From contig CAZVCJ010000005.1 in the NCBI GenBank assembly GCA_964625745.1, positions 6,514-67,100 of the forward strand: DNA of 60,587 bases, read 5' to 3'. The position numbers were made by a program, and so were the translations under genes. The notes below the pieces were generated by a model. It ran no database searches and had not been told where the DNA came from. It worked only from the letters and a program-made list of their open reading frames with translations. Positions 34,076 through 41,846 of the stretch are shown piece by piece (position 1 is the first letter of the stretch; every line of letters begins with the position of its first letter). The DNA comes from an uncultured Anaerolineae bacterium (GTDB lineage: Bacteria > Chloroflexota > Anaerolineae > VGOG01).

Positions 34076-34105
34076 GCGGGAGGCGCTTTAGACCTCCCGC
34101 TTTTT
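34076..34105. terminator. bidirectional intrinsic terminator
   Basis: GCGGGAGGcgctttagaCCTCCCGC with a T-run after it on the plus strand and an A-run before it. Confidence 0.6.
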
Positions 34106-34283
34106 CTGTGAACTGATCAGTCCCCAAATCCAACCCCAGTCCTCGACAGTTGTCTTGCCCCTCAAGAAACCACAATGATGCCCCACAAAGAAGAAACCTC
34201 AAGGAAAGACTCCTTGACGTCTTAAACAAAATCCAGTTTCCACTCTGCTCTCGCCGGATCGCCAAAGGGAAGACTACCGAACC

Positions 34284-36362
34284 CTAGAACAAATGGAAAG
34301 CGGCGATGATGGGGGCGAACAGGGAGGATACCAGAGACATCACAGTAATCAGGGTGTTGAGGGAAGGGCCAGCCGTATCTTTGAACGGGTCACCGACGGT
34401 GTCGCCTACGACGCTGGCCTTGTGGGCATCGGAGCCGGGGCCGCCGAACTCCCCCGACTCAATGAATTTCTTGGCGTTGTCCCACAGACCCCCTGCATTG
34501 GACATCAACAGGGCGAAGATAACCCCGGTGAAGATGCTCCCCCCCAGGAATCCCCCCAGGGCCTCAGGGCCAAGGATGATGCCAACCAGGATGGGGAGAA
34601 CGATAGCCAGGAAGGCCGGTATCACCAGGGACGACAGCGCGCCCTGGGCAGCCAGACCCACACAGGTCGCATAGTCGGGAGGCTCGGTGCCGGCCAGGAT
34701 GCCGGGGCGCTCGCGGAATTGCCGGCGAATCTCCTCGATCATATCGAAGGCATTGTGCGTAACGGCTAACATGGTAAGAGCGCTGAACAGCGGCGGCGTT
34801 ACCGCGCCCAACAGGACGCCGGCGATGACCACAGGCTCCCGCAGGCTGATGACCAGTTCCACCCCCCTGGCCCCCACGACCTCCGCGTAGGCGGCAAACA
34901 GCGCCAGGACAGTGAGGGCAGCAGCGCTGATGGCGAAACCTTTGGTGATGGCCTTGGCCGTATTACCAGCCGCATCGAGCACGTCAGTGGTGTCAATGAC
35001 TTCCTGGGACATCCCAGCCATCTCGGCGATGCCCCGCGCGTTGTCCACGATGGGCCCGTAAGCATCGGAGGAAACGATCATGCCGCTGACGGACAACATC
35101 CCCACCGCGCTAATGCCGACCCCGTAGATGCCGCTGATGCCGGATAATTCCGCCAGGTAGTAGGAAAGCAGCGTCGCCGCGACGATGCCAATGATCGAGG
35201 GAACGATGCTGACCAGCCCATAGCTGTAGCCGGTGATGATGTTGATGGCCGCGCCAGAACCTGAGACGCGGGCCGTCTCCATCACCGGGTGGAAATCAGA
35301 CGAAGTGTAGTAATCGGAGGTGAAGCCGATGACGACGCCAGTAACCAGCCCGGCCAGCGTAGCCCACAACACGCCGAGGCTGTAGCCGCCCAACAGAATG
35401 GTGGCAGCAGACAGCACGGCAAAGATGGCGCAGGTGATCATCGTTCCGCTATTGAGAGCCCTGCCTGGATTGCCGCTCTTACCCACGCGCACAAACCGGA
35501 TACCGATGAGCGAAGCAAATATGCCCAGCGTGCACAGAATCAAGGGAAACAAAACGTACCTGGTTTGCAAATCGCCGGCAAAGAGTGAGGCCCCCAAAAG
35601 CATGGCAGCCACGGTACTGGCCACGTAGCTATCGAAGATATCTGCCCCCATGCCAGCCACGTCGCCGACGTTGTCGCCAACGTTATCGGCGACTACGGCC
35701 GGGTTGCGGGGGTCATCTTCGGGGATGCCGATCTCGACCTTGCCCACCAGGTCGGCCGCGATGTCGGCCGTTTTGGTGTAGATCCCACCCCCCGCTTTGG
35801 CCAGCAAGGCCAGTGACGACGCGCCAAAGCTGAAGCCGAGGATGATCTCCGGGTCGCCAGTGACGAGATAAATCGTGCTCATACCGATGATAGCCAGGCC
35901 CACCATAGCCAGACCCATCACCGAACCGGCGTAGAAGGCCACTTGAAAAGCACGATTGATGCTCTCATTGGCCGCTGCTGCACTCCGCACGTTGGCGGCC
36001 ACGGCGACACTCATACCCATATACCCGGCGATGGCAGAACATATCGCGCCAGCCACAAAAGCTAATGCCATCGTGATACCCCGTGACGGGTTGACGGCTG
36101 CCGCTTTTAGACCCAGATGCTCGATATCGAAGCTGAACACGATAGCAATGATGACACCAAGCCCGACCGCAACGAGGGTGAGTGCCAGGTAGAGATGGCG
36201 CAAGTAGGTTTTCGCTCCATCTCGAATCCAGGACGCGACTTCCTGAGCCCTTTCGGATCCAGCATCCTGCCGGTTGACCCAGAGATATAGCCAGATCGCT
36301 ACTCCGAGAGAAAGGATTCCTGCAAAGATAGCCACGAAAATCCAGAGTTCAGATCCTGCCAC
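34284..36362 (-). CDS. hppA: membrane-bound proton-translocating pyrophosphatase, paralog 1
   Basis: GGIYTKTADIAADLVGKVEIGIPEDDPRNPAVVADNVGDNVGDVAGMGADIF. The GNTAKAITKG motif (Lys/Thr) suggests the K+-independent type. Confidence 0.92.
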   Translation of the reverse strand: MAGSELWIFVAIFAGILSLGVAIWLYLWVNRQDAGSERAQEVASWIRDGAKTYLRHLYLALTLVAVGLGVIIAIVFSFDIEHLGLKAAAVNPSRGITMALAFVAGAICSAIAGYMGMSVAVAANVRSAAAANESINRAFQVAFYAGSVMGLAMVGLAIIGMSTIYLVTGDPEIILGFSFGASSLALLAKAGGGIYTKTADIAADLVGKVEIGIPEDDPRNPAVVADNVGDNVGDVAGMGADIFDSYVASTVAAMLLGASLFAGDLQTRYVLFPLILCTLGIFASLIGIRFVRVGKSGNPGRALNSGTMITCAIFAVLSAATILLGGYSLGVLWATLAGLVTGVVIGFTSDYYTSSDFHPVMETARVSGSGAAINIITGYSYGLVSIVPSIIGIVAATLLSYYLAELSGISGIYGVGISAVGMLSVSGMIVSSDAYGPIVDNARGIAEMAGMSQEVIDTTDVLDAAGNTAKAITKGFAISAAALTVLALFAAYAEVVGARGVELVISLREPVVIAGVLLGAVTPPLFSALTMLAVTHNAFDMIEEIRRQFRERPGILAGTEPPDYATCVGLAAQGALSSLVIPAFLAIVLPILVGIILGPEALGGFLGGSIFTGVIFALLMSNAGGLWDNAKKFIESGEFGGPGSDAHKASVVGDTVGDPFKDTAGPSLNTLITVMSLVSSLFAPIIAAFHLF

Positions 36363-36376
36363 TATTGTTCCTCCTG

Positions 36377-36440
36377 ACGTGAAACAGGAAGGTGAAACGT
36401 AAAACGTGAAACGTAATCACGCATCACGTTTCACGCATCG
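36377..36440. repeat. GTGAAACG word repeats and hairpin upstream of hppA
   Basis: CGTGAAAC words x4, then the inverted CGTTTCACG. The same words occur in opposite orientation at 29429-29460. Confidence 0.6.
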
Positions 36441-36445
36441 CGGCT

Positions 36446-37216
36446 TCACATGTTGGCAGAGCGCCACCAATGATAGTATTTGGCACGCAGTTCCTCCTGC
36501 GAGGGCAGAGGGAAACACAGAAGCCCTTCTTTATTCCCCACGAATATCCCGCTCTTTATGGTGCGGTATGGAAACGAAGCCGGCTGGATGCGGTTGACCA
36601 TTTTGGAGTGGACGGTCTTGGTCCTCAGATCCACGAGACACTGGCGCAGATGACCGATGTTGGAATAGGGCAAGTCTCGCACGTCGCCGCGTTCAGGATC
36701 GGTGGCAAATTCACCCAGTCGCAGCTCTACAAAGCAAATCGCCGGCAGAGAGAGAAGGCTAGTCGGAGTCTTGACAATGAGATCGTAAAACTTGTGAGGA
36801 CCCAGGGTGCTGACGACCAGAGGATGTACAGGCGCGATCTCCTGATAGAGATGCAATCCTATTGTGTCTTCGGGGAACTCTCGGCTCGACTCCAAACCCA
36901 GCACCCGCCCATCCTGGGTCACCAGGTAGAGCCTCTGAATGGTGCCTAAAGGGATATGCTCCAGCACCCGATAGACGGAGATATAGATCGAGCGTTTCGG
37001 ACTTCCGTCTTCGTGAGGCACGCAACGCCGGATACCCTCTTCGATGTGGAAATAGTCGTGTCTGAAGTCCGGATCAATCTCAAAGAAAATGGCTTGTCCG
37101 CGTGACTTCTTCGCACTCCCAACAGCATAGTAGACCCCGAATTCTTCCGGGGTTAACATGGAGGCGATCAATGCCTCAGGTATCACGGATAAGTACAGGT
37201 GGACATCCATGGCCAT
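36446..37216 (-). CDS. conserved-looking hypothetical protein (256 aa)
   Basis: Long ORF with backbone-like codon usage; no domain recognised. Confidence 0.55.
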   Translation of the reverse strand: MAMDVHLYLSVIPEALIASMLTPEEFGVYYAVGSAKKSRGQAIFFEIDPDFRHDYFHIEEGIRRCVPHEDGSPKRSIYISVYRVLEHIPLGTIQRLYLVTQDGRVLGLESSREFPEDTIGLHLYQEIAPVHPLVVSTLGPHKFYDLIVKTPTSLLSLPAICFVELRLGEFATDPERGDVRDLPYSNIGHLRQCLVDLRTKTVHSKMVNRIQPASFPYRTIKSGIFVGNKEGLLCFPLPSQEELRAKYYHWWRSANM

Positions 37217-37296
37217 CTCCTCCTTAGAGGCTGGTACATCGGTAAATTGGTTGGTCGGTACATGTCCCAGTTTACCAATTTACCAGCCTACCACAG

Positions 37297-37929
37297 TCAG
37301 TCCGTAGCCCCTTCGTCCGCAATGCGTTGTGCACACTCCGCCAGTTCGCGAAGTCGCTGCGCATCACCAGAGAGACCGCGCGCACACTGCATGTGCTCGA
37401 AGGCCTGATTATATAGCGTGCATGCGTTCTCCCATTCGTGGGTGAACTCGGCGATGCGGGCTGCCTGCTCAAGCGCCATCGCCGCCAGTTCCCATTTGCC
37501 CTCGTCCGCGTACTGGGCGGCAGCCTTCTCCAGATCAACCGGGCGCTGCTTAGGCAGTCGGTGCTCTGACTCCGCCAGGACGCGCTCGATGGTCGGCAAC
37601 AGCAGGTCGTACCAGTTCGACTTGGGCAGGTACTCGTAGAAGTCTAACTGCGCAGCGCGGGCCTCGGTCTCCAGCGAGGCGTAGCCGGTGAACATGACCA
37701 CCCGCAAGCCAGGTTGCAACTGGCGCAGCATCGCCGCCACCTGGAACCCATCCATCTCCGGCATCTTCATGTCCAGCAGAGCTACGTCGCAGGGCGTCTC
37801 CCGCGCCTGTTCGAGTGCCTCGCGCGCAGTGCTGGCCGTCACGACGGCATAGCCTGCCTGCTCCAGGTAGTCCTCCAGACTTTCGAGCACCAGCAGATCA
37901 TCGTCCATCACCAGTATCGTTGACGACAT
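37297..37929 (-). CDS. response regulator receiver with helical C-terminal extension
   Basis: ILVMDDD...DVALLDMKMPEMDG...VVMFTGY. ATG 37929 chosen because the track extension runs through REP words. Confidence 0.8.
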   Translation of the reverse strand: MSSTILVMDDDLLVLESLEDYLEQAGYAVVTASTAREALEQARETPCDVALLDMKMPEMDGFQVAAMLRQLQPGLRVVMFTGYASLETEARAAQLDFYEYLPKSNWYDLLLPTIERVLAESEHRLPKQRPVDLEKAAAQYADEGKWELAAMALEQAARIAEFTHEWENACTLYNQAFEHMQCARGLSGDAQRLRELAECAQRIADEGATD

Positions 37930-37944
37930 TGCACTGCACCTCCT

Positions 37945-38054
37945 AAATGACTGTAGTAACTGTAGTAACTGTAGTAACGACTTCAGTCGTTCTTTGCAAC
38001 TGAAGTCGCCACCACGAAAACGCGCCATGAACACGTAGTAACAACTTCAGTCGT
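37945..38054. repeat. REP cluster left of the RAYT gene
   Basis: ACTGTAGTA x3, ACGACTtcAGTCGT, CAACTGAAGTCGCC, and GTAGTAACAACTTCAGTCG. Confidence 0.7.
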
Positions 38055-38651
38055 TTAGTCCCCGTAATCCCACGCATCCCCAATCGGGCATTTGACCCAT
38101 CGCTCGCGGAGCCATTGCTGCCCATACGTATCGAAGTAGAGATGCACACTGGACCACGGCCAATCGTAAGGGCTTTCGACGTACCCGTGTTTCACCGCGT
38201 TATAGTGGAGATAGTTCAGCGCGTGATAGTAATGACGCTCATCACGGATATAGCGATCACGGAATTTGTACCACACCTTGCGCTGCCCAGTGAGGCCATC
38301 CTCAAGATTCCACGCTCTGGCAGTGGTCCCATGGAGATGCTGGAGTATAGCCGAGATCTGCTCCAAGGATTGAACGCCCGCCAGAAAGTGATAGTGATTA
38401 GTCAAGATAACCCAACCCCCGATCTCAGCCTGGATGTCGGCCAGTTCTGAAAGGAGCTGATCCTCAAACGCAGTTAACCGGGCAGGGGAAGCCATGATGT
38501 GCGCGTGTTCGTAGTTGGCAACAGTGATGCAGTACCACCCGGCCTCGCGATAGGGATGCGGCGGCGAGTGTAAGGGGTAGCCACACTGCCGACGTTCTTC
38601 GACGACAACAGCACGCTCCTCGGGTGTCATGTGGCGATACTCGTAAGGCAT
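38055..38651 (-). CDS. REP-associated tyrosine transposase (RAYT, IS200/Y1 HUH family)
   Basis: HUH motif NHYHFL and catalytic-Tyr helix YLHYNAVKHGYV; 198 aa. ATG 38651 after GAGGGAGAG. Confidence 0.8.
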   Translation of the reverse strand: MPYEYRHMTPEERAVVVEERRQCGYPLHSPPHPYREAGWYCITVANYEHAHIMASPARLTAFEDQLLSELADIQAEIGGWVILTNHYHFLAGVQSLEQISAILQHLHGTTARAWNLEDGLTGQRKVWYKFRDRYIRDERHYYHALNYLHYNAVKHGYVESPYDWPWSSVHLYFDTYGQQWLRERWVKCPIGDAWDYGD

Positions 38652-38654
38652 CTC

Positions 38655-38833
38655 TCCCTCCGAAGCGACTGAAGTCGCCACTACGAAAGCCGTAGTAGCC
38701 ACGTAGTAGCCACTTCAGTGGCTTAAGCGCGACTGAAGTCACTACTACGGCTACTGCCACTACAAAGGCCACAATAGCCACCGTAGTAGCCACTTCAGTG
38801 GCTTGAGAGCGACTGAAGTCGCTACTACGGTCA
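38655..38833. repeat. REP/BIME-like cluster right of the RAYT gene
   Basis: Alternating hairpins GCGACTgaAGTCGC + CTAC and GTAG(TA) + GCCACTtcAGTGGC, at least five units. Confidence 0.8.
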
Positions 38834-39952
38834 CTATTCAGGCTGAGTTGGCAAGCGGACGGTGACGGTGGCTCCTTTGCCCACGGTGCTGGTCACCTCA
38901 ATTCGACCGCCGTGGTTTTCGATGTTCCTGCGGGCGACGTAAAGCCCCAGTCCGCTTCCCTTCTGCCCGTTTCTCCAGTCCGAGAATCCGATGCGGAAGA
39001 TTTTCTCCTGTGTCTCCGTAGGAATGCCGACCCCCGTGTCCTCAATGTCCACAGCGACCCACCCCCCTCCGACTCCCCCCTGAGAGGGGGGAGGGCCTTC
39101 CCATCGCGTGCGCAACGTGAGTGTACCACTGTCAGTCATAGCCCGCCCGGCGTTGGTCAGCAGGTTGTGGAAAGCCCGTTCCAACTGGGCGCGGCTGCCG
39201 TGTATCGGCGGGATGTCCTCGCCCCACTCTCGCACGACGGTCACGTCAGGGTGGCCGTAACTGAACTCTTGCACCAGCCGCTCCAACAGACGATGGAGGT
39301 CGAGAGGCTCCCAGCGCCAGGCCTCGCTGCTATCCAGGGCCACGGCCACGTGGCCCAGGTCGTCGGCCAACCGCTTGATGCGGGCCAGGATCTGCTGGAT
39401 GACCTCGATGGAACGCTCGCACTCCGCATCCCCGACCACCCGTTTGGATAGCGCCTGCACCCGCTGGGTGAGCACGAAGTAGGTCGTGCCGCCGATGTCG
39501 TGGCCGACCTCCCGCGCCAGGAGGCGCAGTTCCTCCTCGGCCTGCTGCTTGCGGAAGTGCAGTTCCTGCCACTCGAAACCGCGCTCGATGCGCACGATCC
39601 ACTGATCCAGTGGCTCCGACTTGTTGACGAAGTCTTTTGCCCCTCCGCGCATGGCCGCGACCACATTCTCATAAACGCCATAGGCGCTGAGCATGATGAC
39701 GTAGGTCTGCTCCAGCAGGTGCTTCTCCTGCATCAAGCGCAGCACTTCCATTCCGTCCAGCCCCGGCATGTTGATGTCGAGCAGCACGACATCGTACGGG
39801 GCTTGCTCCAGCCGGGCCAGCGCCTCCGTCCCACTCGCCGCAGATTCCACTTTCCAGACTCGCGCCGCAAAGGTGGAGTTACTGAGAAAAGCAACGACCT
39901 CTTCGCGAAAGAAGGGCTCGTCGTCTACTACGAGGATCGTTTTGTGTTCCAT
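38834..39952 (-). CDS. hybrid response-regulator / histidine kinase
   Basis: Receiver ILVVDDEP...DVVLLDINMPGLDG, H-box LAREVGHDIGG, N-box HNLLTNAGRAM, G-boxes DTGVGIP and GSGLGLYV. Confidence 0.85.
   Translation of the reverse strand: MEHKTILVVDDEPFFREEVVAFLSNSTFAARVWKVESAASGTEALARLEQAPYDVVLLDINMPGLDGMEVLRLMQEKHLLEQTYVIMLSAYGVYENVVAAMRGGAKDFVNKSEPLDQWIVRIERGFEWQELHFRKQQAEEELRLLAREVGHDIGGTTYFVLTQRVQALSKRVVGDAECERSIEVIQQILARIKRLADDLGHVAVALDSSEAWRWEPLDLHRLLERLVQEFSYGHPDVTVVREWGEDIPPIHGSRAQLERAFHNLLTNAGRAMTDSGTLTLRTRWEGPPPSQGGVGGGWVAVDIEDTGVGIPTETQEKIFRIGFSDWRNGQKGSGLGLYVARRNIENHGGRIEVTSTVGKGATVTVRLPTQPE
39062..39095. repeat. 34-nt G/C hairpin module inside the kinase ATPase domain
   Basis: CCCCCCTCCgaCTCCCCCCTGaGAGGGGGGAGGG, translated as PPPSQGGVGGGW. 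Confidence 0.75.
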
Positions 39953-39955
39953 AAA

Positions 39956-39989
39956 CCCCCCTCCGGCTCCCCCCTGGGAGGGGGGAGGG
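39956..39989. repeat. same hairpin module, intergenic copy
   Basis: CCCCCCTCCggCTCCCCCCTGgGAGGGGGGAGGG between the two kinase genes. Confidence 0.75.
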
Positions 39990-41828
39990 TCAGTTGTCCC
40001 TTCGATTCCCCCGATTCAAGGGCAATTCAAGCACGAACTGCACTGCTCCATCGTAAGCCTGCCAGGTGAGACCACCTCCGTATTGGGTCTTCACCGTCTC
40101 CTGGGCCAGTGCCCACTCGAAGTGAAGGGGCGACAGTTCCTCAGGCGCGCCGGCCGCCGGTTCGAGGATAGATGCAATGTTTCCACTCAAGGGGGCCTCC
40201 GGCGCGTGCACCTCCGTGCGAATGCGTTGACCGTCGGCGGATAAGGAGGTGTGCACCTCGATGAGGCCCCCCTGTGCCTCGAGGGCCTCCATCGCCAAAT
40301 GCAGGACGGTGACCAGGACGCCGAACAGTTCATTAGGCTCGATGAACAGCGTGGGCAGGTCTTCGTAGGTTACGTGCACCTCCACCCCGCGCCGCTGCCG
40401 CTCCGCTGCCAGCCAGATAAGGACCTCGCGTACCACGTCGTTCCAGTTTGTGGTCGTGCGGAAGAAGCCGATTTGCTGCGAGAATCTGAGCAGATCAAGC
40501 AGTTTGCCGCTGACCTCGTTCAGGTTGGTCTCAATGACGTCCAGCCGCCTGGTGAGAGCCCCCCCCCCAACTCCCCCCTGCGAGGGGGGAGAGCCTAACA
40601 CGTCACAGAGGTCGCTGCGCAGGTTGGTCACTGCCAGGCGAGCCACGGCCAATGGGTTTGCCGCCTCGTGCCGTATCCGTTGCGCCAGAGTGCCGAAGGA
40701 GGCGACCCGCTGCATCCGCATGGCGGTCACGCCTACCTCGCCCAGAGTCTTGAGGTAGCGAGCTCCCTCCAGCACGCCGCCGATGGCCGTGGAGAGCAAG
40801 CGCAGATACCCCTCGTCTTCGTCGGTGAACCAATCGCGGTGGCCAGCGGCGCTGGGAATCTTGTTGATCAACTCGAGGGTGCCGAGTATCTCGTCACCCA
40901 ACTGCAGGGAGACGCCAAGAAAGGAGCGATAGACGCCAGAGGGGAGATGCGAGGCGACCTCTGCGATGTGAGGATCACTCCAATCCGCCGCCGCTGCCAC
41001 CTCGCGTATCTGGACGGGTGTTCCAGTGTGGAAGATGTGGCCCGTCAGCCCCTCCTCTGTCATGTACGTCAGTTTGCCGATCAGCGTTTCAGGAAGGCCG
41101 CTGACGGCTCGCAGCTCTGCTCGATGGACATCCTCCTCGGCTTGCAGGTAAATCAGGCAGCCTTCGGTGCGGAACCCCTGTCTGACCCGCTCCGTTACAG
41201 CCTGTAGCATCTCGGCGATGGGCCGCCGTGGGTCCAATTCCTCGCCGATATCCAGTAGCAGCCGGAAGTAGCGCGCACGGCGCTTCTCCTGCTCGTAGCG
41301 TTGCGAATTCTCGATGGCGATATTCACCATCGCAGCCACGTGACTCAACAGCGCTTCATCCTGCGCGTCGAACCGCTCTCCCCTCGCCTTCCCGGAGACC
41401 CGCAACACACCAAGCACGGTGGACCCATCCCTGGAGAGAATCGGTACCCCCAGGTAAGCCTGGCCTGGTTTGGCGCTGATCTCGGAGTATTTCTTGCTCC
41501 AGACCAGGTCCTCGGCGATGCGTCGCAATTCTCCGTTGTCCCTGACGTTGGCGATGCGCAGTGGCTGACCTTGTTTGGCGATCCAGCCGGTCAATCCTTC
41601 GCCTGGCTCATACTCCACTCGCTCGGCGGGCATCTGTGCCCCCTCCAGGAGGCCGGTGGTGCCGCGCAGGACGTAACGGCCGGTGATGTCGTCGCGCAGG
41701 AAGATGGAAGAGCCACCAGCGCCGAGCCGGTCACGGGCATGGCGCACCACCAGCGCCATCAGCCGGTCACGGTTCAACTCGCCGTAGATTTCAAGCAGCT
41801 CTTTGTCAAATCCCGCTACCCGATTCAT
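39990..41828 (-). CDS. GAF-domain sensor histidine kinase
   Basis: Two GAF-like halves, H-box RIRHEAANPL, C-terminal ATPase region. Confidence 0.8.
   Translation of the reverse strand: MNRVAGFDKELLEIYGELNRDRLMALVVRHARDRLGAGGSSIFLRDDITGRYVLRGTTGLLEGAQMPAERVEYEPGEGLTGWIAKQGQPLRIANVRDNGELRRIAEDLVWSKKYSEISAKPGQAYLGVPILSRDGSTVLGVLRVSGKARGERFDAQDEALLSHVAAMVNIAIENSQRYEQEKRRARYFRLLLDIGEELDPRRPIAEMLQAVTERVRQGFRTEGCLIYLQAEEDVHRAELRAVSGLPETLIGKLTYMTEEGLTGHIFHTGTPVQIREVAAAADWSDPHIAEVASHLPSGVYRSFLGVSLQLGDEILGTLELINKIPSAAGHRDWFTDEDEGYLRLLSTAIGGVLEGARYLKTLGEVGVTAMRMQRVASFGTLAQRIRHEAANPLAVARLAVTNLRSDLCDVLGSPPSQGGVGGGALTRRLDVIETNLNEVSGKLLDLLRFSQQIGFFRTTTNWNDVVREVLIWLAAERQRRGVEVHVTYEDLPTLFIEPNELFGVLVTVLHLAMEALEAQGGLIEVHTSLSADGQRIRTEVHAPEAPLSGNIASILEPAAGAPEELSPLHFEWALAQETVKTQYGGGLTWQAYDGAVQFVLELPLNRGNRRDN
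40554..40595. repeat. same hairpin module inside the GAF kinase
   Basis: CTCCCCCCTGcGAGGGGGGAG core, translated as GSPPSQGGVGGGAL. Confidence 0.75.
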
Positions 41829-41846
41829 GTTCGTCAGTTACACGCT

